Shown: positions 52,900 through 64,000 of the stretch, piece by piece | Layout: every line of letters begins with the position of its first letter | Position numbering within the stretch: position 1 is the first letter of the stretch | DNA from: Octopus vulgaris | Taxonomy: Eukaryota | DNA length: 64,000 nt | Direction: 5' to 3' | NCBI GenBank assembly: GCA_951406725.2 | Contig: OX597832.1 | Coordinates: 68,820,001-68,884,000 of the forward strand | Program-made: the position numbers and the translations under genes | The notes under the pieces: model-generated | Seen by the model: the letters and a program-made list of their open reading frames with translations, nothing else | Database searches by the model: none | Told to the model about the DNA's origin: nothing

Positions 52900-55600
52900 C
52901 CACATTATTCCATTATTGAACTCTGAAACCAAACAGAACCTCTCCTATCAAGAACTCCAAAATTAACTCAAAGGACCATATACTCAACATCCAATGTAAG
53001 TTCTCTCTTAGAATAATTTGTCCTTCTTAGTCCAATATTGGTAGAATTAGTAACCAAATTATGGATAGAATTGTCTCTATGCTCAGAAAGAAAATTTTAC
53101 TTGACTTGTCATCTTCCACCTCTGAAGTAATGGCTTCTATCAATGATAGATATTAAATTTCTGCGGTTCGATATTGATCGCCACAACTCTTCCATCTCAC
53201 CTACACTTCTAAGAAAAGCACTCCTCTTTGCTATGAAAATCTCTGATTTACTAAAAAAGGACATAACCATTATATCGGCATCTAGATGAATTATGAAATT
53301 TTACAATAAGCTCTGGGCTAGGAAAAAATAAACAAAATAACATCGACATCACCTTGAAATCTAATCACTAAGCACAAGTCATAGATTTTGTGGATATAAA
53401 CTTATTAAATTGAATTAAGAATGAATTTCAAAATCTGGAATGGAATCTATGTAGGGGTGATGCTTTGATCATAATCTGAGAATTATAGCAATGCTATGAG
53501 AGAATTAAGAGAAGAGTTATAGGACACTTTAAAAATTTAGGTTTCTCTGTTGTGTTTAATGAAGACCATAAAATGGTGAACTTATTATATTATATAAAAT
53601 GGTGAACTTATATATTACTCTAGAGCTCAGTATATGTCTGCAGCTTTAAATAACAAGTACAATTAATCTCAAGGCTTCCACACAGTATCCATTAATCTGG
53701 TTTCACTCACAAGTTGAGGATATCTTAAAAGATACCACACAGTGAAATCAATCCAGAGAAACAAATTTCTTACTCACTTGGTGAAGCAATGTCAACTCTT
53801 AAATTAACAATATCAATTACTCAACAGATTGATTTTCCTGATTGAAAGGGATCAGTTAAATTTTGCCAAGTGATGCACTTTGAGACCAAGAAGATAATAT
53901 TTTCATTTTCATTTAATGTCTGCTTTCCATGCTGGCATGGACTGGAGGATTTGAGAGGAGCTGCCTGTTTTGGTTAAATCCTCTTCCTAGCAGACAAAAT
54001 ATCTTTTGAAAATAGAAATAATATATGTCTAAATCTCTCAAAGGGATTTATGCAGTAGCAGCCCAATAAAGTGATAATATGTCGTCAACTTAATGTGACA
54101 GTCCCATAAAAAAGGGAAGAATGCTACTGTTATTTAGCCCTAGGAAACACAGTTTCCTGCTGGACTTGACACATTTCCTGTGTCCTTATGTTTTCAAAGT
54201 GGAGACAAGCACCTCCACCCATCAAAGCCAGAAGCCAGAGATTAGTTTCAGAATCATTGCTCATCACCAGTAGGATTCTTCCCTTTTTATGGGACTGTCA
54301 CATTAAGTTAACGACATGCTATCAAAATATCTTTTGGTATTCGAATACAAAGTTTTGTGTTCTGCATTCGAGTTGTGCAGGTCATCTTTTGCCATTTGTT
54401 CTCAAAGATCTATGAATTAAATACTGGCCACATTTGAGAGAGGGAAACAAATAGGATAAAATATTCTTTTCTACTCTAGGCACATGGCCCGAAATTTTTG
54501 GGGAGGGGCCCAGTTTATTAGATCGACACACAGTATTCATCTGGCACTTAATTTATAGACCCAAAAGGATGAAGGGCAGAGTCAACCTCGGCAGAACTTG
54601 AACTCAGAATGTAGAGACAGACGAGATACTGCTAAGAATTTTGCCCAGCATGCTAATGTTTCTGCCAGCTCACCACCTTAAGAGGATAAAATATTTGATG
54701 CTGTACTAGACAAAGAAAGAGCAATACAGCCACATGACCTGCTAAAAATATCAGCCAAATTTCACATGAAAGTGAAGGTTACATTGGCTATTACAAATAT
54801 TTATTGATCAAAATGACAAGATGCTAATATATTGAATGTCATTGATTTCATATTTGCTCAAATTGGTCACACATGGAAGCAAGAAAAGAAAAAAGAAAAG
54901 GGATATTAAAAATAAGTCATTTTTAGCAGTGGAACTTGAAAGATACGAAGTTGTAATTAACAACATGTAGAAAATTGGGTTAAAAGGTCCACTTGGATGG
55001 ACCAAATGACAAAGGCTGCCTGTGGGATAGAAACAACAATAAAGGTAAATATTTCTGAAAGTAAATTTGGATGGAATCGGTAAATATATGCGACTTTAGT
55101 TATGTGCACAAGATGTAACAACTGTGAGTAAGAAACTAAATCAATTCTGTTATGAATTAGTTGATTGAATGACTTCCTTGAAAATGTCAGAGAATGGTTG
55201 GTTATGGAAGGGGTTTAATCATGTACGCAAGCTCCAAACAAAACTAAAAAAAAAAAAACAGAAAGTCTTCCCTTCCTTGTATATCTTATGTATATCTTCC
55301 TCTTATTCAAAGTGTGTGTGAAAAAATAGGAATTTGTGAAAACGTAGTTTCTGTCCTTTCTATTTATATAAAGAAGGAGCTAATTAAATGTGATCACACT
55401 TTAACAAAGAACAACAACAATCATCATAAAGCTAACAAAAAGAAAAATGAAGCAAGAGGAAAAGAGAAAGGAACAAACAACAGCCAAAAGAAACTAAATA
55501 AAAGAACGGTGAAAATGAAAGGAAAGGGCACTTGTAACTTTAATTTCAATTGTGAATTTCTCATACTTTTTTGGTCACAAAAACAAGAAGCAGAACTATA

Positions 55601-55768
55601 GCTGCTGCTGCTACTACCACCACCACCACCACCACCACCACCACCACCACCACCACCACCACCACCACCACCACCACCACCACCACCACCACCACCACCA
55701 CCACCACCACCACCACCACCACCACCACCACCACCACCACCACCACCACCACCACCACCACCACCACC

Positions 55769-55812
<44 letters not shown>
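55601..55812 (+). repeat. Compound microsatellite (GCT)n-(CAC)54-(TAC)11
   Basis: Pure CAC run at 55618-55779, then TAC to 55812. Confidence 0.97.
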
Positions 55813-55814
<2 letters not shown>

Positions 55815-56887
55815 TTATTTTCACGTCACCAGCCAACAAAAATATATCAATGTCAAAACAGAATCCATCAATCAAGTCTTTAAGTAAGAGTTGCTTTAAG
55901 ATGAAATTGCTTTGTGTAATGGATTTTTTTTTTATCTTACAATATTTATATATTAATATATGTGTATATATGTGTGTATGAGTACTACATCATCATGATA
56001 TATTTATTACTAAGATATATATATGTATATATATATGTATATGTATTATGTATAGATATATGTGTGGCGTGTATGTATATATATTTATATATATATATAT
56101 ATGTGTGTGTGTCTGTGTGTACAGATATTTTTTAGGGGTTAGCAAAGATAAATAGAGATAAAAAAAAAGGTAACAGACAATGAAGGAAAAGCTCTTGATA
56201 AAATAATTTATTTTTCCCCCGCACGAATGTAATATTGCTGTGTCATTTATGAGGGAAAATCACTTAAAATGAGCTGCACATTTTGCTGTTTTGATTCTGG
56301 ATTGAATATAGTCGGAGTAATTACATTTAATGTCTCAACTAAATGAAATAAAATGTCATTTTATTATATGAATAAAAGTACAATGACATAAATACACACA
56401 CAGCTAAGCTTTGATGTAATATTGACACAAACACATTCAAGCAACAACATAAGAAATGCATACAAATGCACAATTGGGAATTAAACCTAATATAGATTTA
56501 TTTCTTTACTAAAACAAGGTCAACACGAAGTGCAATCATACACACACACACACATAGATGTAGATAAATAGATATATGCATAGATAGGTAGACAAATGAT
56601 ATATGATACTAGACTTACCCGGGGAAAGTATTCATGGTACTTATGCATTTATATATGTTTAACCTACTTTCTGAACTTACTTAATTGGAACTATCCAAAC
56701 AATAGTATTCAATTTATATAAGTAGAAGTTTTTTTTTTAAACAATTTTTATCCTAAAAATCACCTGTTACTTTTGCTTTAAAGTGAAAGAGAGGAGAAAG
56801 TGAAAGATGTATGAACGTGTATGTGAAATGGATGTGTATGTGTGTGTCTGTGAGAAAGAAAAACAGAGAGTGTGTTACTTACACATA

Positions 56888-57297
56888 CAAGAAGTTGGTG
56901 GATAAGATGGTGCATCATGATCTTTGGTTGTTGAGTCTCACAGACATGATGACAAGTGACAGAGATTTCTGGCAATTTGCTGTGCTTGAGAAGACACATC
57001 AAGCCATGTGGAAACGTGGTCGGGGCCAGTGCTGGTGATACATGAAAGGAAACCATGCCAGTGACATGTAAAAGGCACCTGTACCAGTGGCACATACAAC
57101 ACACCAGTGTCAGTGACATGTAAAAGGCATTCTGTACACTCTGTGGAGTGGTTGGTGGTAGGAAGGGCTTCCAGCCATAGAAAATATGCCAAAGCAGATG
57201 ACTTGAACCTGTTGCAGCTCTCTGATTTATCAGCTCCTGTCAAACTGTCTAACCCGTGCCAGCATGGAAAACAGATGTTAAATGATGATGATGATGA
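56888..57297 (+). mobile_element. 5'-truncated old copy of the RTE family (ORF tail + short-unit array + GAT tail)
   Basis: VHHDLWLLSLTDMMTSDRDFWQFAVLEKT matches the ORF end VKHDLRTLGLTKEMTRDRDLWKYAVREKT. About 4 core units of ~25 bp follow. Confidence 0.8.
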
Positions 57298-58008
57298 ATT
57301 CCTCTCAACACATGGCTATGATGCTGCCCCACTACTTCTGCTCAGAGATGTACATATCGTCAGCCACTAAGAGACATGCTCAACTGGATAAGGTCAAACA
57401 ACTGGCAAGCAAATCTGTGGTATTGAGCAGAATATTTGCTGAAGCCCATCTTTTATTGCAAGACAAAAACAACGTACAAGATTTCCCCTGTTTCATTATC
57501 AATGGTCTGCTAGTGGCCTGCCCCCTTAATTGTCAGCTAACATCTTGATTTAAGTTTTCCTTTACAAAATCCCATGATATTGCTTCAAATAAATCTTGAT
57601 TTTTATGACTATACCCACTATGATTTCTGTCGACTCACTAAGTCATACCCCTAACAGACCCGGCCTTATATATACAAGAATTTGATAAAACTAGTCTATA
57701 AATTAAAAGTGACCCCATATAAAAGTGACAAGCAAAATCTGTAACAAGTCTTTCTTCCTGATATCTTAGTAGCTTCTAAGTGGAAGGAAAAGCAACAATG
57801 TTCTTTGTCTATCTCCTTAACTTCTTGGAGATTTTAGGCAAAATTATACTAATGTGTCCATCTGTTTTAATTTAATTAAATTCTATGTCTTTGTGCAGCT
57901 GAAGATTGTACTGCATTTAAAATGATGCAATGGTTGCATTGTTCAATTAAATGGAGTTGCATGAAACGATCGTGCTGCATTACCTCTGAATATCCTTGTT
58001 GCTTATTT

Positions 58009-58075
<67 letters not shown>

Positions 58076-58692
58076 CATATGTATATATATATAGAAAGGT
58101 TGGCTTTTCTTTGAACAGATCTTATATATTTGAATTTTAAATGTTTGAAATATTATCAAACTTGATTCCAATAATGATTGCAATGTAAATGAATTCAGAA
58201 TATTATCTTACACATTTATCTGTTTTTATTTTTTTCTCAATTTAATTATTTAAAATCTTACACTGAAAAATGTCAAGAGATCAGAAACTGAATTACTCTT
58301 AATTAGCAAAAATAATTATTTATTAAAATAATAAACAGGCTTAAATATCAACAGTGGAATGATTACTATTTTCTCCATTCAATCTACATGACTACAGAAC
58401 ATTTACCAGTTATTGCTATTTGACCAATACTGCCAAGGTCAACTTTGCCTTTCATTCTTTCAGTTTCAATGAAATAAGCATGATTTATGCACTAGGGTCA
58501 ATGTAATGGACTATTTTCCTCCCCCTACAAAATTTCAGGCCTTGTGCTTATAGTAGAAAGGATTATTTGTTCTGTTCAATGACAAAAACGCTAAAAAAAA
58601 AACAAAAATAAAAATATACATACATACATATGTATATACATAAATACATACATGCATATATATACATACATACATATATATACATAAATACA

Positions 58693-58748
<56 letters not shown>

Positions 58749-60011
58749 CAACAGTCTTCTTTCAGTCTCCATCTACCAAATCCATTCACACAGCATTGGT
58801 CAGCCTAGGGCTACAGTAGCCCAAGTTCCCATGCAGTGGGACTGAACCTAGAACTATGAGATTGTGAAGTAAACTTCTTACCACACACGCACACTTTCAC
58901 CTATGATTGATGAAGTATAAATCACATCTCACCACCAAGTGGTACTTCCCTGTGACCAGGTGTACTCGGCTATTGAGCAATAAGTGTATTAAAATGAGAG
59001 GAGCAGTGAGAGGGCAAGACTTAGTCCAGTCAACTATTGATGACCTGATCAATCATAACAATCAAATTATGATAGAACAAATATGTGATCACAAATTTAC
59101 ATTTATCTTGAAATATTTGGAAATTAAACGATTAGGAAAGACATTGTAGCTTATTGGAAATATATATGTCACACTCTACACACCTGTTTATATTGAGTTA
59201 ATTTGTAGCTGTACATACACAGTTAATTGGTTTAGATTACTTTCTATTACAGAATCCAATTTTCATATTAACGCCATCAAATTATTTAATCTAGATGTCG
59301 ACTGATTTTTAACTAATTGTTGATGAGGTTTCAGCATGTTTGCTGCACATGCAATTCATTAAAACTTAAAAGATACACAATTATGCCGTTACCTAAAGAA
59401 ATCAATATTGATCAATGACTAATATTACCTTCATTTTATTTGGCAACTATGGGGGACAACTCTGGGCATGCTTCAGTATATTCTGATCTCATCAGTTAGG
59501 TTTATATTTATCATAGGAATATGATGATGACAATGATGATGATGATAAGGAGGAGGAGGAGGAGGGGGATTAAGACACTGATGATGATGATGATGATCAA
59601 TATAAATATTTACATGTTGATATGGCTGTGTGTAACAAGTATGCTTCCACGTTGTTTAATGTCCGCTTTCCATGTTGGTATGAGTTGGACACTTTGACTG
59701 AGGCCTGGCAAGCCAGAAGGCAGCACCAGGCTCCAATCACACTCAAATAGTGCTTTTTATGTGCCACTATTACAGGACCAGTCACTCAGCACTAGCATTA
59801 ATCATGCTCAAATGGTGCTTTTTACATACCATCAGCACAGGTACCAATAAGGTGGTACTGTCATCAGCCAAGTTCTGCTGTGTGTACCTTGGGCAAGTGT
59901 CTTTTACTATAGCCCCTGGTCATCTAGTGCCTTGTGTAGACAGAAACTGAAATAAGACCATTCTGTATGTGTGTGCATGTGTGTGTGTGTGTGAGTACAT
60001 ATATATATATA

Positions 60012-61144
60012 TTCAGTGTGCAACTAATTTCCCACCATTTTTTTAATTTTGAAATTTATTACGTTTTTAAATTTTGGCATCTATTTTTTTATCAAGAATT
60101 CTGTTTTTGAATCATTTTGGAATCTATTTTGTTTTTTTTTTCTAGTTAATTTTAGTTCACTTTTGTTTATTTTCAGGTCATTAAAATGGAATGTCAAGTT
60201 AAGAAAAATGAGCATTTTTGACACCTGTTTCTTTTTGCTTTTAATCAAGGTTCTATGGCCACAAAAGCTGCTTGCAACAATTGTGCTGTGTATGGAGAGG
60301 GTGCCATAGCTGAGAGAACCGTTTGTGATTGGTATACCAAGTTCAAAAATGGCAAGTCTGACCTCAAAGATGCACCTCATTCTGGCCGTCCAGTTGAATT
60401 CGAAGAAGAGAGATTAAACCAACTTTTGCAAGAAAATTCTCATCAAATGACAAGGGAACTGGCAGAGAAAATGGAATACTTCCACACTGCTATAGAGAAG
60501 CATCTTCACTCGATGGAAAAGGTTCAGAAGTATGGAGTATGGGTTCCGCATGCTTTAAGTGACAACAAAAACCAATGAGACACAATCTCTGCTGGTTTGC
60601 TTGCTTGTCACCACTCAACTCATGGACGCAAGCAATGATATCTTTACCGAATCATTACTGGCTACAAAAAATGGTGCCTGTACCTGAACTTTATGCTCAA
60701 CAGATGGATTGGCTCAACATGGCTATTCAAGAGAAAACACTAATTGGCAGCATGGAGTTCTTCTGCTGCACGACAATGCCTGCCCTCATGTCACCAATAT
60801 GACCAAAGAAGCCATTCAAATACATGGTTGAGAAGTGGTGCCACACCTGCCACACTCTCCTGATTTGGCATCAATGAATTTCTACCTGTTTTGATATCTT
60901 TCAAATGCTATGCGCAGTTTTGTTTAATACTGATGCAGAATTGAGAGGTTGGTTGGATAAATTTTTCGAGTTGAAATCGGGTGATTTCTACCAATGAGGT
61001 ATTGAAAATTTTGTTGAACATTGGGAAGAAGTTGTAAACAAGGGTGAATAAATAATTGATTAATTAGTTGTTATTTTTTTTATTAAACCTTTTAAAATAC
61101 CTAAATTAAAAAAAAAAACGGTGGGGACTTAGTTGCCAACTTTA
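60012..61144 (+). mobile_element. Decayed, internally deleted mariner transposon
   Basis: TIRs GCAACTAATTTCCCACCATTTT / AAAACGGTGGGGACTTAGTTGC in TA context. Transposase remnants WYTKFKNG, SGRP, TRELAE, WVPHAL and HSPDLA, with stops and frameshifts. Confidence 0.9.
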
Positions 61145-61164
61145 TATATGTATATATATATATA

Positions 61165-61600
61165 TATATATGTGTGTGTTATGAGAGGTAATGGTGTCAA
61201 AAAAACCCAAGGTATCAGGTAATGGTAAGTGCTATGGACAGACTATAGTTAAGCTCCAGGTTCGGTGATTCAATAACACTGTTTACAAACTCTATGCTTG
61301 GAATGACCAATTTTAAATACTATTGGAGCTTACACACAAGGTACAGGAAACTTATATGTATACCATTCTACTTAAATAATGGAACTGCAGATACAATATC
61401 CCTGCATATCTCACATATGTTTTCATTCCTCCCGTTCAGTCTCTATTTCATATCTTCTGTAGAATACCTATTGCTCAACCATTTTCTCACACCATCTCCG
61501 ATGAAGGGATATATAATATATCCCAGAAACAGCTGTGAGACCTTTGCTTTATAAATATTCTGAAATCTTGCACAGCCTTGGATTTTTATCTTATTCTGTT
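61165..61600 (+). mobile_element. Probable decayed Penelope-like 3' end with a minimal hammerhead-like motif
   Basis: CCGATGA-A-GGGATATAT/A/ATATATCCC-A-GAAA-CAGCTG-T at 61498-61536, with weak GIY-YIG-like remnants (YGQT, IPFY) upstream. Confidence 0.5.
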
Positions 61601-61648
61601 AATTTTATATATATATATATAGATATATAGATAGATAGATAGATAGAC

Positions 61649-61691
<43 letters not shown>

Positions 61692-61704
61692 CATAAATAT
61701 ATAT

Positions 61705-62068
61705 TTTATTTGTTTCAGACATTTGACTGTGGCCATGATGCAGTACCACATTTACTCAAACAACTTGACCCCAGAACTTATTCTTTGTAAGCCTAGTACT
61801 TATTCTATCAGTCTCTTTTTTGCCGAACCACTAAGTTACTGGGACATAAGCACACCAACATCAGTTGTCAAGTGGCGATGGGGGGAAAATCAGACATACA
61901 CAAACAAATACATATGCATATATATATGACGAGCTTCTTTCAGTTTCCATTCACAAGGCTTTGGTTGACCCAAGGCTATAGAAGAAGACACTTGCCCAAG
62001 GTGTCACGCAGTGGGACTAAACCAGTAACCATGTAGTTGGGAAGCAAGCTTCTTACCACACCTGTGCC
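61705..62068 (-). mobile_element. tRNA-derived SINE, family B
   Basis: Colinear with 19350-19771. Confidence 0.8.
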
Positions 62069-62095
62069 TATATACAAATATATACATATAAATAC

Positions 62096-62150
<55 letters not shown>

Positions 62151-62185
62151 CATATACATATATATATATATATACATATAAATAC

Positions 62186-62225
<40 letters not shown>

Positions 62226-62233
<8 letters not shown>

Positions 62234-62684
62234 ATATTTCGGAATGGTCATATTGCCAGTTTAGCCAATAAAAACACACGCACTATATATTTGGTGTTAT
62301 TTTGCTTCAGTGATATTTATTTTTTACATTAATCTTAATCTTATTTCGGCCAAAGTTCTTTCGTCACACTCCTGTGACCGCATCAGTGGTCCTTTGTTTT
62401 CTTCTCACTTACTTGTGTCTCTCCTTACTAACCATCAGCCATTTTGTATTTCTAATAGAAATACAAAATGGCTGACGGTTAGTAAGGAGAGACACAAGTA
62501 AGTGAGAAGAAAACAAAGGACCACTGATGCGGTCACAGGAGTGTGACGAAAGAACTTTGGCCGAAATAAGATTAAGATTAATGTAAAAAATAAATATCAC
62601 TGAAGCAAAATAACACCAAATATATAGTGCGTGTGTTTTTATTGGCTAAACTGGCAATATGACCATTCTGAAATATAACAATAT
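62226..62684. repeat. Near-perfect palindrome, 229-bp arms, 1-nt spacer
   Basis: The arms are reverse complements about A62455, with two mismatches seen by eye. Confidence 0.95.
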
Positions 62685-62767
62685 CTGTTTCAACACACGA
62701 CTTCACATAAAAAATCTTGCACAACAAATATTTAAACGTATATATATATATATATTCATATAAATAC

Positions 62768-62811
<44 letters not shown>

Positions 62812-62856
62812 ATACATATACATATATATATATATATATACATATAAATATATATA

Positions 62857-64000
62857 CATCATCATCATCATCATCATCATTTAACGTCCGTTTTCCGCGC
62901 TAGCACGGGTTGGACGCTTCGACCGGGGTCTGGGGAGCCAGGCTCCAGTCTGATCTGGCAGTATTTCTACAGCTGGATGCCCTTCCTAACACCAACCACT
63001 CTGCGAGTGTAGTGGGTGCTTTTTACATGCCACCTGCACAGGTGCCAGAGGGGTCTGGCATCGGCCACGATTGGTTGGTGCTTTTTATGTTCCACCGGCA
63101 CAGAAGCCAGTCGAGGCGGTGCTGGCATCGGCCATGTTCGGATGGTGCTTTTTATGTGCCACCGGCACAGAAGCCAGTCGGGGCGGTGCTGGCATCGGCC
63201 ATGTTTGGATGGTGCTTTTTATGTGCCACCGGCACAGAAGCCATTCGAGGCGGGTTTGGCATCGGTCACGTTCGGATTGTGCTTTTTATGTGCCACCAGC
63301 ACAGAAGCCAGTTGAAGCGGCACTGGCAACGGCCACAGGTGCCAGAGGGGTCTGGCATCGGCCACGATCGGTTGGTGCTTTTTATGTGCCACCGGCACAG
63401 AAGCCAGTCGAGGCGGTGCTGGCATTGGCCACGTTCGGATGGTGCTTTTTATGTGCCACCGGCACAGAAGCCATTCGAGGCGGGGTTGGCATCGGTCACG
63501 TTCGGATGGTGCTTTTTATGTGCCACTGGCACAGAAGCCAGTCGAGGCTGCACTGGCAACGGCCACGTTTGGATGGTGCTTTTTATGTGCCACTGGCACA
63601 GGTATCACAACTACTGTTTCCATTGATATTTGGTTCGATGTTCATGTACATGCACTTGACTCAACAGGTCTCCTCAAGCACAGCGAGATGTTCTGGGATC
63701 CAAGGTACTTTGAATGGGCAGGGGGTATGCGGAACTGGTGCCGGAAGTATCCCAGGTCTTAGTAGTCACAGCACATCTCCAGAGATCTCGGTCCTTCGCC
63801 ATTGCCTCAGTGAGGCCCAACACTCTGAGGTCATGCTTGACTAGCTCATCCCATGTCTTCCTGGGTCTACCTCTCCTCCTGATTCCTTCAACTGTTTGGG
63901 AGTGGCACTTCTTCACACATCTCTCCTCATCCATCCGCAGTACATGACCATACCATCGCAAGCGTCGCTCTTGCACACCGCATCTGATGCTTCTTATGCC
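62857..64000 (-). mobile_element. 3' part of another RTE-family copy (runs off the window end), with a 9-copy ~67-bp array
   Basis: QERRLRWYGHVLRMDEERCVKKCH...RGRPRKTW. The core motif recurs at 63017, 63079, 63146, 63213, 63280, 63376, 63443, 63510 and 63577. (CAT)n tail next to (TA)n. Confidence 0.93.

Noticed and set aside
55552-55981. Poly-His, poly-Thr and poly-Val ORFs
   Set aside because: Frames of the (CAC)n microsatellite, with no splice or coding context.
60255-60578. SETMAR-like host gene
   Set aside because: No SET domain. It lies between mariner TIRs and is broken by stops and frameshifts.
62910-63844. Plus-strand ORFs of 238 and 257 aa
   Set aside because: Antisense readings of the 67-bp array of an RTE copy.

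Overview
AT-rich, microsatellite-dense eukaryotic genomic DNA. The SINE/LINE repertoire suggests an octopus (coleoid cephalopod); this is recognition, not a database result. The window is almost entirely intronic. Two short minus-strand exons (39129-39266 and 4708-4824, both phase 0, GT-AG) join in frame into a peptide resembling the axonemal protein CCDC39, across a ~34.3-kb intron. The introns contain: one apparently intact RTE-clade LINE (AP endonuclease, RT and an inserted C4HC3 PHD finger) with a 20-copy, 61-bp structured tandem array in its 3' UTR; several truncated relatives whose arrays keep the same core motif but use different spacers; a head-to-head Penelope-like (GIY-YIG) palindrome; a near-perfect 459-bp palindrome; several degenerate minimal hammerhead-ribozyme-like motifs; a 5'-inverted LINE with a target-site duplication; R4/Dong-like fragments next to (TAA)n; a decayed mariner; MITEs; and many tRNA-derived SINEs. 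Most short ORFs in the supplied track are microsatellite artefacts.
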